From NCBI RefSeq assembly GCF_036321535.1, contig NC_087449.1:62620001-62684000 (forward strand): a stretch of 64,000 bases of DNA, given 5' to 3'. The position numbers and the translations under genes are program-made. The notes beneath the pieces were generated by a model, which was not told the DNA's origin, did no database searches, and saw nothing but the letters and a program-made list of their open reading frames with translations. Each line of letters opens with the position of its first letter. The stretch's first letter is position 1. This stretch comes from Camelus dromedarius. Lineage: Eukaryota. Shown here in pieces: positions 26,001-37,279 of the stretch.

Positions 26001-27759
26001 ACCTCAGGGCCAAGCTTCATAAATCTTCATCTGCTACTTTCCTGAAATGTCATGAGACCCAAAGTCTACAACATATGGTATTTCGGGAAATAAACAAGCA
26101 AATAAATAGTTCAGAGCCGGCCACTCCTCCCTTTCCCATGATGTTTTTGCCTTCTAGTGTGAAACGGCTGCCCCTGGGTCTCTGCAGCTTTCTGCCCACG
26201 TATCTTTCCAGATACTACCACCAAGTACCCCCCAAGCCGTGCAACATGCAGAGAACTGGACATGCAGCCCGGCTGGTGCCCTGCTCTCTTGAAGGGTGGG
26301 CGGGCTTTTCTACATGGCTTCAATGGCACCACAAGTGTGGCTGCATCTGTGTCACTTCCATGAACTTTACTCAGGAACAGACAAATGCGGCCCAATACAC
26401 GTAGACTAGAAGATGCAAGCCGAGCCAGCAGAACGCTGCCTTGGAAAAGGCTTCTTAGTTCAGTTCCAAACCACACATACTTGTACAGTTAACAAATGCA
26501 GCAGGGGATACTGGTCCACAGCATTCATGTTGAGGCCAAGGCTCTGCTGTCCTCCGCCCTCTCCACTCCCCGACCCCCACCTGCCTTCTCAACGACTGTC
26601 AGACTGCACGGACATTTCAGAGAACAGTTAGGTGGCTGCACGCTCCAACAAGGAGAGGAACTTGGAAGTATTTTAATCTTAAAGAACTCAAGGAGGGGGG
26701 GGTCCCTATAAATAAAATCATGCTCAAATAAACACAAGAAGGAGCCAATATTTCCTGTAAGGCCACTTTTTAGATGGATTACTGGAAGGAGTATTCTTTC
26801 ACAGTTTTATGGCTTACTTTGCTATCATCTGCTTAAAATTTGGGTCATTTAAAACATAGATGCTAAGATCTAAGCCTTCACTTGGATGAAATATTACGAA
26901 GGAAGCAGAATGCCTCATTCCGAGAGTAGACTCAGAGGCAGAGCCCCTGGACTCCTGGGTTCTGTCCCTGGCTCAGTCCCTGGGCTCAGGTCAGCCCTCG
27001 GTCAGAATCTCACTTCTAATCCCTTCAAATCATTTGTTAGTCCCTGTTGTCTAAACAGTGGGGAAAAACCCTGAGTAACACCCCTGGATCCTGTTCAATC
27101 AACTGGGATGGTTGGTGATGGTTATAACTCACTTCCAAGAAACCACGGTGATTTATCCCTTGGTAGAACTAGTACGTTCCTAAGAGATCACAGTGTCATC
27201 AGAACAAACCCTGAAGGCACTGAAACATTTCTCCACCTGCAAAAACCTCGGTGCTCCTTTAATGTGACTTTCAAAATTAATATCACCCAGCATTTTATAG
27301 TTCTTTATAGTTTCCACATAAAAATAACTCTGGTTGGGCTTCAAACCTCTGAGAGAGAGAATAACACAACAAGTATATTTATCCCTAGTTCACAGAGGAA
27401 AAGACAGACTTCAGGAGGCAAGGAGGTCTGACCAAGGGCCCAAAGCCAATGAGTAAGGAGTTGGGACCCAGTCCTGTTTTTCAGTTCAAGTGTTCTTTTC
27501 TACTTTGCATGGCTGCTCACCAATAACCCAACTTTTGGACCTAGGCTAAGGGACCTTACTAAGGGAAATAGGCCAAAGAGTTTCACAAGACTCTGTAGTG
27601 CCTTTTCAGTGCAAGAAAGGGTAAAGGGCCAAATTTCTTTGAGGCCCCCAGTTAGCATGAGTCTAGCACGTGCATGCCCTACTCAACACTGGCAGCGTGG
27701 CCCTGGCTCTCCCACTACGGGCTCCTCCAGGGACAGAGAGGAGACACAGCAGCATAACT

Positions 27760-28135
27760 TCTCTGTCCTCCTTCACCTGGAACATGATTCCTTCTTCTCT
27801 TCATCTGGCTGACTCCCACTTACATCGCAGGCTTCATCTCAAACATCGCTTCCCTAGAAAGGCCTTTCTTGACCTCACTGACCGTATGTCAGCAAACATC
27901 CTTCTACTCCTTGCCTTCTCGAATTATCCAGTCCCACAGCACTCTGTACATCTCCTGGGTCGTTTATCAGTTTTAGCAAATAATTACCTACATGCTTATT
28001 TGTTTTACATTTGCTGTCCCGCCTGACTGTAAGTCCTTTGAGACCAGGGAGAACCTTGCTTTCTGCTATAGTCCCGGCCCTGAGTTCTTAGGCAATTTTC
28101 AATCAATATTTACTTACTGAAAATGAATGAGTCAC
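27760..28135 (+). mobile_element. L2 3' fragment
   Basis: cacctggaacatgattcc...gactgtaagtcctttgagaccaggg...caatatttacttactgaaaatgaatgag. Confidence 0.7.
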
Positions 28136-28632
28136 AGACAGACCCTGGCTGACACTAAACAGAACCTTCTGTGGCATCGCTGGACAACTGGTAAAGATGA
28201 CAACAACACTTTTCCTTCTGTAGCAACCATTTTGTGCTTTTCTTATGCTCCTAAAAAGGATGCAAAACTTTATCAAGACTTCTAAATGGACACTGTATAA
28301 AGTACAAGTGATTTCTTTCTGGTCAACATCATTAAAATTTGCAGCACAAAATAATAATATTCTTAAAGTTTAACATATATCTGTCTGTGTATAAACATAT
28401 ATACACACACACACACCCCCTTCGGTCCCTTTTTGGAACAGATCACTTAATCCCTTGACCAATTTGGGATTTTAAGGATAAGGATGGTTCTTTTTGGAAT
28501 TCTTGGGGTCTTCTGCTTTACTCGTGCTTCATTAGGCGTTAACCGTCCTAACGAAATACTGGAGGCAGGCTTCTTGGGCTTTGAGCAGACATGGAAAAAC
28601 TAACTGGAAATACTTTTGAAGCCTCCCTACTG

Positions 28633-28776
28633 NNNNNNNNNNNNNNNNNNNNNNNNNNNNNNNNNNNNNNNNNNNNNNNNNNNNNNNNNNNNNNNNNNNN
28701 NNNNNNNNNNNNNNNNNNNNNNNNNNNNNNNNNNNNNNNNNNNNNNNNNNNNNNNNNNNNNNNNNNNNNNNNNNNA
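28633..28776. other. N-run (144 nt)
   Basis: Run of n in sequence. Confidence 0.99.
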
Positions 28777-29780
28777 TGGAAGACATTCTGGCAGAACACA
28801 CCACACGGTCCCGGTCTACAATCTTAAGCATTTCCCCTGCTGCAGTAATGTGTCATCAGTAAGGGTTCCTGGTGACAGAAAATGGATTCATTTTAATTGG
28901 GGATGATTTTACTTCAAATCCTATCTGAGGGAGGCGTAGGGTGTGGACATGGCCCAGGCTCTCGGCATTCTGAAAGGGCACACTAATTCACTCAGGGAAT
29001 ATCTATTAGCCAGGCAGCAGCAAAATCCTTCTGGGCTTAAGTGGAGTCCAGCTTGGCTGGGAACTGTACATTCATTATATCCTTTGTTGATAAGATCCCC
29101 AATTAGTCACTCTGAAAAGGGGAGGCTAAAATAGGCCACTAACACGAATAGCTAAGTTAAAGTAGTTGGACGCTGAGGGATTTAGAACCATATGGGCTGT
29201 CACTGATTTCCTGTCTCAGCTGGTATCAAGGCAAGACATCCCCCTGAAGACTGCCAGTTTCCTTGGGGAGTTTCCTTAGAAGACTGGGAGATCGGCTGGC
29301 ACTTTCAAGTGGAAGGAGAACTAAGAAGGGACAGACTCACATGATGAACCACAACTGCAGGGCTTCTAGAACCCTGCCATGGAGCCTCGGAGCAAGACAC
29401 AGCATGTTGCGTGAGAATTTTCTTAATGGGCATGTGGGGGTCTCAGTAGTTTGGTGAACAGGGGAGGTCTATAAGGATGCAGTCATATTTCTGACCCCTC
29501 TTATAAAGAAAAACAACATTATACACACAGAGACCCAGTATATGCAGATGAAGATACAGACAGACAGACACAGATATAGATACAGATCTGGTGAAATTTT
29601 TGCCAGATTTTTGTGCCTCATTTTCATATAGGCAGGTCAGAAATTTTAGTTCCATGTATTCAAATTTTTTAAAATGACATCATTAAGGCAGAAAGCATAT
29701 GATTAACTTATCAGTATGGATTAGGAGAGGCAGCAGAACTGGGCTGGAAATTGCAGAAGCCACTCCCCCCACGACCACTG

Positions 29781-29992
29781 NNNNNNNNNNNNNNNNNNNN
29801 NNNNNNNNNNNNNNNNNNNNNNNNNNNNNNNNNNNNNNNNNNNNNNNNNNNNNNNNNNNNNNNNNNNNNNNNNNNNNNNNNNNNNNNNNNNNNNNNNNNN
29901 NNNNNNNNNNNNNNNNNNNNNNNNNNNNNNNNNNNNNNNNNNNNNNNNNNNNNNNNNNNNNNNNNNNNNNNNNNNNNNNNNNNNNNNNNNNN
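29781..29992. other. N-run (212 nt), probably covering a VPS13D exon
   Basis: Run of n in sequence; see inferred exon. Confidence 0.99.
29783..29978 (-). CDS. VPS13D: Inferred VPS13D exon (196 nt, human exon ~67, GIIGGLTSVITSTVEGVK...) hidden inside an N-run; sequence not visible
   Basis: The expected exon is not found in the readable sequence. The N-run is 212 nt = 14 + 196 + 2. On the minus strand the downstream flank begins cagtgg (completing a gt-cagt donor) and the upstream flank ends ...ccctt (start of a pyrimidine tract). Inference only. Confidence 0.6.
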
Positions 29993-31789
29993 AAGGGCTT
30001 TTGTAACCTGGCCAACGACAAGAGCAAAAGCATTTAAAGCCAAACCCCTCGATTCCATGCACCTGGCAAGGTAAACTCAGGGGCAGAATGCCAATCTCTT
30101 GACAGGCCACGGGCAGGCCAACTCAAGATGGGGGGCCAGCAGATTTGGCCACTATGTTTTAGAGTCAGAGAATACACATTACATATTGGTCAGAAGTAAA
30201 GTGCGTTGCAGTTTAAAAACAAATCAAGGAAAAGCTAAGAGGTTAAGAGTGGCTACTTTTTAATTCCAGAGCTTGAATAGCATATGGGCAATAAGGAGAC
30301 GATGCAGATGTAGGATTCAATCAACAGGCTAGCAAATAGGGCTCTTGGGGAAAGTTGGGATCTCATAAACTATAAGGCAGAGAGATTACTAAATATAAAA
30401 CCTCAGTTTTCAAAGAACACCGTGTGGCTGGCCAACACCACCCAAAGTCTGAAATGGGGTAAAAGCTAATGGGCACTTTGCTAAAACACGTACAGGCAAT
30501 CAGAGTAAACGAGGAAGACTTGATGAACGGCACCCCCAAAGCTGCCAGAGCCAGCCAGGACCCTCAGTGGAGTCAGTTCAAAGGACCAACCTAGGTCAAA
30601 AAGACATTCCAAACATTTTGCCAAGTTGACAGCAATGGCCTTAAAGAGCCTCAAAAGTGGCCAGAAGTTGGCAAAGGCTGGAGAGGCCACAGGCTTTGCA
30701 GGGAAGAAGCAGGGCCCTATCCGGGGAGCAGTCCCAGGATTTGTGCCAGGGACACTCACAGGATGTTTACCCTTTGACGGTGGGGGTCTGAGGATGCTCT
30801 CTAGACCCTTCAGCTCTAGTGAGACAAATTGGTAAAGGAAATTCCTTGGGTGAGAATGTACTAACAATTCACAACATTTCTTCTGGATTCTGGGTCCGTT
30901 TGCTCCAGCGAGGCAGTACGCCTTTCCTAAGCTTTTGAACAAAGTTCATGGCAGAGACAGAACATCACTGAACCTGGGTCAAGCAGAGCCCACGGAGAGA
31001 ACTGAGCCTGACTCCCAGTTTTTAAACCAAGAAGATTGAATTCATTCTGGTTCTTGTTATCTTTTAAGGTTTTTTGTTTTGTTTTGTTTTCCCATCCTGA
31101 AGGAAGGCTCTCATGCTAGGCTACTGCTTTCATATAACCCAGAGCTTAATGGGTCCTCTTTGGATAAGGCCCCTGGTTGTGGGTCTCAGACAGGCCTAGC
31201 TGGCTCCTGGAGGTGTTGTACATATTATCTGAAGGATCTCTGGTTGGAAAGGATTTTGCAGTCTTGAACCAGTCACCCATTTTCTCAGCACACTGGTATG
31301 TCCATCTAAAAAGTGAGGACAGCCATGCTTTCTCTCTGCATTTAAGGATGCTGGACAGACACAGGCATCAATACACACAGCAAAGCACTCCATATTCACT
31401 AAAAAACAGGCCTCTGATGGTCCAATGCACTATCATTACAGTTACTAGAAAGAATGATTAAATGTTTAACCCCAGATGATTGCCCAACAATCAACTTTTA
31501 AAGTCCATAAACAGATTAATTTCAGACAATTTTTACTTCTGGATGGATGTTTCTTTGGGGGCTGCTCACTTTCCAGCTGGGCAGGCTTAGGAAAAGCAGA
31601 GGCATATAGATCCAAACCTCACCATTAGGAAACTTGATAAAAATTCTGCCCTAAGCATGAAGACAAATATGATTTTTATAATGTATATTCCTTCTTCTTC
31701 CTCCAAATGCAGATAATCAAAACTTAATGAATCTTGATAAAACCTGTGACAGCTTTAGACTACTCCTAAGAATCTGGTACAAACAGCCC

Positions 31790-32150
31790 AATTTACAACC
31801 ATTACTAAGCAAGAGCTATATGCCAGGTTACCATGTATAAAGGTGAATACAAAACAGTCTCCTGGCCCTCAGGAGGCAGTCTGACTGTCTAAGTGGGGAC
31901 CGTGGAGCTGGGCAAACGGCATCTGAGTTGGGACTTGCAGGTGGAGTAGGATTTTGACAGGCAAGGAAGTGAGGCAGAGGAGGGGAGCGCAGAAGAAACG
32001 CGAGTCAGCAAGGACTTGGAGGCATGTCTGGGGAGCAGGACGTTGCTCTGGGTGACAGACAAACAGTGTGGCTAGGGGACAGTGGTTGGAAGAGCTGGCT
32101 GGGTGACTTTTCTAAGGGCTTTTAATACCACGCTAAGAAGTTGTTGACAA
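31790..32150 (-). mobile_element. L2 fragment
   Basis: ttactaagcaagagctatatgccagg...ctggccctcaggag...gcatctgagttgggacttgcaggtggagtaggattttgacagg. Confidence 0.55.
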
Positions 32151-32652
32151 CAAAACGCAAATGAGTCAGAATTAAAGCCTTAAAAACCAGAATTCAAACA
32201 AATTTAGAGACTTAACACGTTCACGCCATCACCTACGTCTCTTGGGCACATGGATTTACAATCCCTGTGAATGTGCATTTATACAAGACTCAAAAACATC
32301 TGGGCCACAAACCTGGCTGCCAGTTTCACACTTCACGTTCTATGGAAGGAGCAAGCAGTAAGCAGAAGGCAAGTCGTGAAGCAGCAGTCCTAAATTCTAA
32401 AAAGGAGTTCAGATGGTTACGCTTTCTGACACTTTGGGAACAGAAGCCAGAGAACGGGAAGGAACGGCGATGCGCACAACGTTCTGAACGTGAACGAGGA
32501 TTTCTCAGAGGTTGTAACATTTCCACTGCTAGGAGGACAGAAGGCTATCAGGCGCACCCAGATACCAAGCTAGGATTTCCGCTTACAGTTGGATGGGCGG
32601 AAAGGTATCTCTTAGGAACTGTGGCAGAAGAGCCTGGTATCACATGCCTTAC

Positions 32653-32785
32653 CATGAGCCAGGCCGTGGATGCCAGCTACAAGGTGTTCCCCACTCGTGG
32701 CTGCGTGGTATCTGATGTACTCCCGCTCCGACTGATGGCGAGTGTCCATGGTTTTCCCTAGGCCATCTGATAATGTCCCTGCGAA
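32653..32785 (-). CDS. VPS13D: VPS13D internal coding exon (133 nt, phase 0 in / phase 1 out; orthologue of human exon ~66), C-terminal ATG2_C-like helical region of the bridge-like lipid transfer protein
   Basis: Minus strand reads ctcttttccttctgtttctcttcattccag|TTCGCAGGG...GCTCATG|gtaagg, a strong pyrimidine tract with AG and GT sites. Translation FAGTLSDGLGKTMDTRHQSEREYIRYHAATSGEHLVAGIHGLAH(G) matches my recollection of the VPS13D C-terminus. Length is 44 codons + 1 nt. Confidence 0.96.
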
Positions 32786-33473
32786 CTGGAATGAAGAGAA
32801 ACAGAAGGAAAAGAGTTTTAAAGCCTCAGCACTCTTTCTTACTATTTTAATTATTTAAAATAAATACCCTCCCTTGCTCCTAGCTGGGATTCAATAAATA
32901 CTGACTGAGAGAGAGATCAGCTGCTGAATTATATACACCACACGTCCCAGGAGAGTGGTTTTTAAACACTGGACCCATAACGAATTGTGGGACTTATACA
33001 CCGGTGGACACAAGGCTTGCAAACAACTACTAAAAATCCATAATGACATTTGCCTTCCACAGTCCTATTGCTAACTTAATGAAAAAGGTATAACAAAATG
33101 GCCTATGGCCTAGGGGAGGGGAGGGGAGCTTTGGGATTCTATAAAGGTAAGGACAGAGGCTCTCTGCTCTAAGAATCAGTGGGCTCAAAATAGGGAATAT
33201 GGTAAATTGTTGCCTTAGGATTTGCTATGAAAAGTTTTAGACATATCAACTGCCCAAAAGTAATGCCTTTTCTTTTACTTATTGAAGTTACCAAGTGCCT
33301 CGCTGCCCAGCCCCATTTGTGAAAAGTAACAGTGAAGTACATGGAAAGGTTAACAGGTTATGAAGTGGCAGACTTGAACTCAAGACTTCAAATGCAAAAT
33401 CCTCCCCCACAAATCAGAGAGCTTTTATTTATCCTGGCATACTTTAACCAGAGACGCTGTCTCATCCATCAAA

Positions 33474-33677
33474 NNNNNNNNNNNNNNNNNNNNNNNNNNN
33501 NNNNNNNNNNNNNNNNNNNNNNNNNNNNNNNNNNNNNNNNNNNNNNNNNNNNNNNNNNNNNNNNNNNNNNNNNNNNNNNNNNNNNNNNNNNNNNNNNNNN
33601 NNNNNNNNNNNNNNNNNNNNNNNNNNNNNNNNNNNNNNNNNNNNNNNNNNNNNNNNNNNNNNNNNNNNNNNNNNNNN
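33474..33677. other. N-run (204 nt)
   Basis: Run of n in sequence. Confidence 0.99.
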
Positions 33678-36469
33678 AACTCACAGGAATGTTATTTGGA
33701 TATAAAGCTCAGTGGAAAGATTCAAGGCAAACAGCCTGCCTTGGAAGCCCCAGTGCACTGGGCAGCCTGGCCACCAGAAGGCTATTTCGTTCTGGTTTGG
33801 CAAGGAGAGGTACACAGATCTGCCCTGGAAGCCATCAATACTGAGGCTTCTAACACTAAAGACAAGAGAAGGTGGGTTCTGGGCGCAGAAGAGAGTCTAG
33901 AGGAAGAAACAGCCATTTCACGTAAAGCAACGGCTCCCGGAGCAAGATATGGGAGCCCTCATTCCTTTCACTCCGACCAAATGCTTCTAGGATCGAGGGC
34001 AGTGGTTGATCCTGGCCTTTCGGGAGAGGCAATCCCTACCATTTTGTGCTTTTTGCATAACCTCCCCTGTCACTCCCTGTCTAATTAGAGAACTAAAGTT
34101 AATGAAAATTAATCGTACACTTTCCTTCAGGATGGAGCCCCATGCGCATGGGCTTTTGTATTGAGAGGGGGCTTTCGTCAGGGGCCCCACTTGAAAGCCA
34201 CTGCGGGCCATGAGCTCAGGTGTCTGACCAAACCAGATTCTAGTCTCAGTCATTCCAGAAGCTGCGTGACCCTGAGCCAGGTGCCCTCCTGCTGCCACTC
34301 CCCCAGCCCCCGGCATATGGAGAGTGGAGACAGTCCTGACACTGTCACGTGGCTAAAAGGATTAGTGACACTGGCTCAGGGTATGGGATCTAGCTAGCAT
34401 TTTTACTGTTGTTATTAGTCAGCTACTAGTCCAAGGAGGAACGGATCCCACACCATCTGAAGAAAGCCTTTCAAGTTCAGAACTACGATCATTTGCACTC
34501 GGCTTTCACATAAAAAACAAACAAACAAACAAAAAACCCTCTTTCCAGCAGATAAACACCAGCCTCCAAAGTAAGTTTTTGGAGTGGTACCATCTGTAAA
34601 ATTAGACTGTTGGACTTGATGGTTTCCAAAATCCTTTCCAGCTCTGACAGCTTGTGATCTACGATCCAAGTTAGAATGTCTTTATTAAGCACTTACTCTG
34701 GGTCCAGCACAGATCTAGGTGCTGCTGAGCACACACACAAAGCAGCCCTGGGCCTGTTCTCAAGGAGGACAGTCTCATTAGGAAGGTAACAATCCATACA
34801 CGAATGGCGAGCAACGAGAACCCGGAACACAAATCGTACACACTTGGGAATCAAGAGAGGAGAGAAAAATGCGACCCTTGTTTTGGAGAGATTCCCCACC
34901 GTGTTCTGGAATTACGTGGGTTGCCAGTGGTCTTCTTTCAGGGTCTGGACAAAACTGCCTCCCCCTGATGTCACAAAAGAGGTGAGGAGGTGGTTCGCTC
35001 TTACTTCCATGGAGAAGAGATTTTCTTGGAGGAGATATTAAGTTAAGGTCCTGACTACCTATTTCCGGCAGCTGACTTGGGAGAAGTTAAAAAGCTCATA
35101 GTACTTTTCCCCACTTAGAGAAAATGGGAGAATAATCTAGGCACACTGCCCAATACCAACCCCTCTCCCTGAACTGCCCCTCATCCATCAATAAAATAAG
35201 TTTGGTATCTAAGGTTTATGAACACCCCTACGTTAAAGCTTCACTGCCAACTGACTGTGTGGCAGCAGCCTTGGCACCGCCAGCACCAACTGGTCCTGGG
35301 TGTTCTCTGTACAAAAACACCATGTCGACCTCAGGAGGAGAGGACTGCTCCTCCCTCTAAATGCTGGATTCTTCCACATGCCTCTCAGGGGCCTTGCCAT
35401 TGTGTGGAAAGGTGCCAACACCTACTCAACTGACTCTAGGACTGCCATCTGAGTTCCCACCTGTCTATTAAAAAATTACTGTGCAAACCAACTGGACTTG
35501 TCCTTTGTCACTTTGAGTGAAAGTAAAGGATACAAAGATATTGCATTAACAGGAAACGACTGCAAAAGTCTTCATCTCTAGAAATGTGACTTTGAGAACT
35601 CAGAAGACTTGGGACGATGTGGAAATCTATGATCCAATCAAACCCGTACTGAGGAGAGGTTACTAAGATTTTACAGGCTGAGACGTTTTATAGGAACTAA
35701 ACCGAAGCCAGCCAGATGAAGGGTCCAAGGCTGGGCTTTAGGCCAGTCCACTGGGCTTCTGAGTACTGAATCCAGGGCATCCCAAAGCTTGTGGCCTTCT
35801 CTCACTGTGGGAGCACTTAGTCATCTTTAATTTCATCCCTCATTCCCCACCGAGGTGGGAAAGTAAATCACACCCTGTATCTTGTTTCTCCCTCAAAGAC
35901 AGGGTGGGAACACACAGGCTGGAGAGGGAGATGGTTCCAGTAAGCACTCTTAAGGGATGCCCTCTGGAATCGGTCTTCTCTGAGGCTGGGAAGTGTTGTT
36001 TCGCCCATGTCCTTGACTTTGAAAATGATCATCAAAACAGAGCAGATACCCAAGAGAGCTACAACATGGTGTGGGAGTGACTGATGCAGGCAGGATTGCC
36101 CCGCTCCAGTTCTGCCTCTGCATTTTACAAAGAAATTCCAAATGCGTTGAAAGTCAAATTCACATTGAAACTTTTTCATAGCAGATGTTCCAAATGGGAA
36201 ATGAAGCCTGGAGGCGAGATTCAGATTATTCAGACAAAGGAAAACTAATCCCAGAGGCACTGGGGGAAAAGCTGAAAATCATCAGGATATGAGCAGGTAC
36301 AATCCAGCTCTGCACCCAGTCGATCAACTACTCAATCAAACGTGTAAGGAACCCCTGCTGTGTGCCAGGCTCGTGAACGAGGGGCATGAATCAGAAGTGG
36401 GGTCTGCCTCCTGCCTTCAAGGGCCTCAGTCAGGAGGTCCGTGTGTGGCGTAACGGAAAGACATCACCC

Positions 36470-36750
36470 CTGAGTTCGAATTCTGACTGACACTTAATAG
36501 CTGCGAGATCATGGACAAGTAACTTCATCTCTGGGAGCCTCTGCTTCCTCATCTTCAAGCGGGAATAAGAATAGCCATCCACAAGGAGGCTGTAACGAAT
36601 AGATAATGCACGTGAAGTGCTTTAGCCCAGAGCCTGACACTGAGTTATCTGAACTTCAATTTCTTCATATGCAAGATGGGGATAATCAGATTCCACAGGG
36701 CTGCTTGGAAGGATTAAATGAGATGGTGCGCATGCAAAGCGTCTGGCAGG
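36470..36750 (+). mobile_element. Two adjacent MIR fragments
   Basis: gagttcgaattctgac...atggacaagtaacttcatctctgggagcctctgcttcctcatc; then tcttcatatgcaagatggggataat...ggattaaatgagatg. Confidence 0.65.
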
Positions 36751-37149
36751 GGCATCCCCACTAAGTGGAAGCTGTCGGTGGAGGGGGCGTAAAGGCCCCG
36801 GAGCAGGGCGCAGGAACTAGCAGCTGGAGGGTACTCTGCAGACCATTTGCATCTCCGCTCGGTATAAACTATACCTCCACACCAGAAGGAGCGTTTGCAG
36901 AGACTTAGTCATTAGGGCTCATTTGGCAGGAATTTCAAGTCCACAAAACACTTAAGGCTTGCAAGTGAATACTGTCTTAGCTAAAATGAAAGCTCCAAGG
37001 AACAGAATGTCCTTCAGAAGACCTGCTATTACCCTTGCAAAGACAACACTGACTTCCCCCTTCTTTCACTGAAGGTCAGATGTTTCAGCACACGCCACAC
37101 TTGTGAATTCTGGCCACAGCCCGAAGTCATTCATTTCTATAGAGCCATA

Positions 37150-37279
37150 TTTGTTTGTTTGCGGGTGGTAATTAGGTTTGTTTGTTTATTATTTTTTTTA
37201 ATCGAGGTACTGGGGATTGAACCCAGGGCCTCATGCATGCTCAGCACACATTCTACCACTGAGCTGTACTCTCCCCCCC
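37150..37279 (-). mobile_element. Camelid tRNA-derived SINE (Vic-1-like)
   Basis: Minus strand ggggggagagtacagctcagtggtagaa...gaggccctgggttcaatccccagtacctcgattaaaaaaa... has Pol III A and B boxes and the aaacctaattacc tail motif; partial flanking repeat agccatattt. Confidence 0.88.

Noticed and set aside
28633-28776. Alternative location for the hidden 196-nt exon
   Set aside because: The run is only 144 nt, and neither flank shows exon sequence or splice-site remnants.
30481-30942. 153-aa minus-strand ORF in the short intron between the two exons
   Set aside because: Does not resemble VPS13D or any family I recognise; no convincing splice sites; ORFs of this size are expected by chance in 64 kb.
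32267-32761. 164-aa + strand ORF
   Set aside because: Overlaps the VPS13D exon antisense; no protein similarity recognised.
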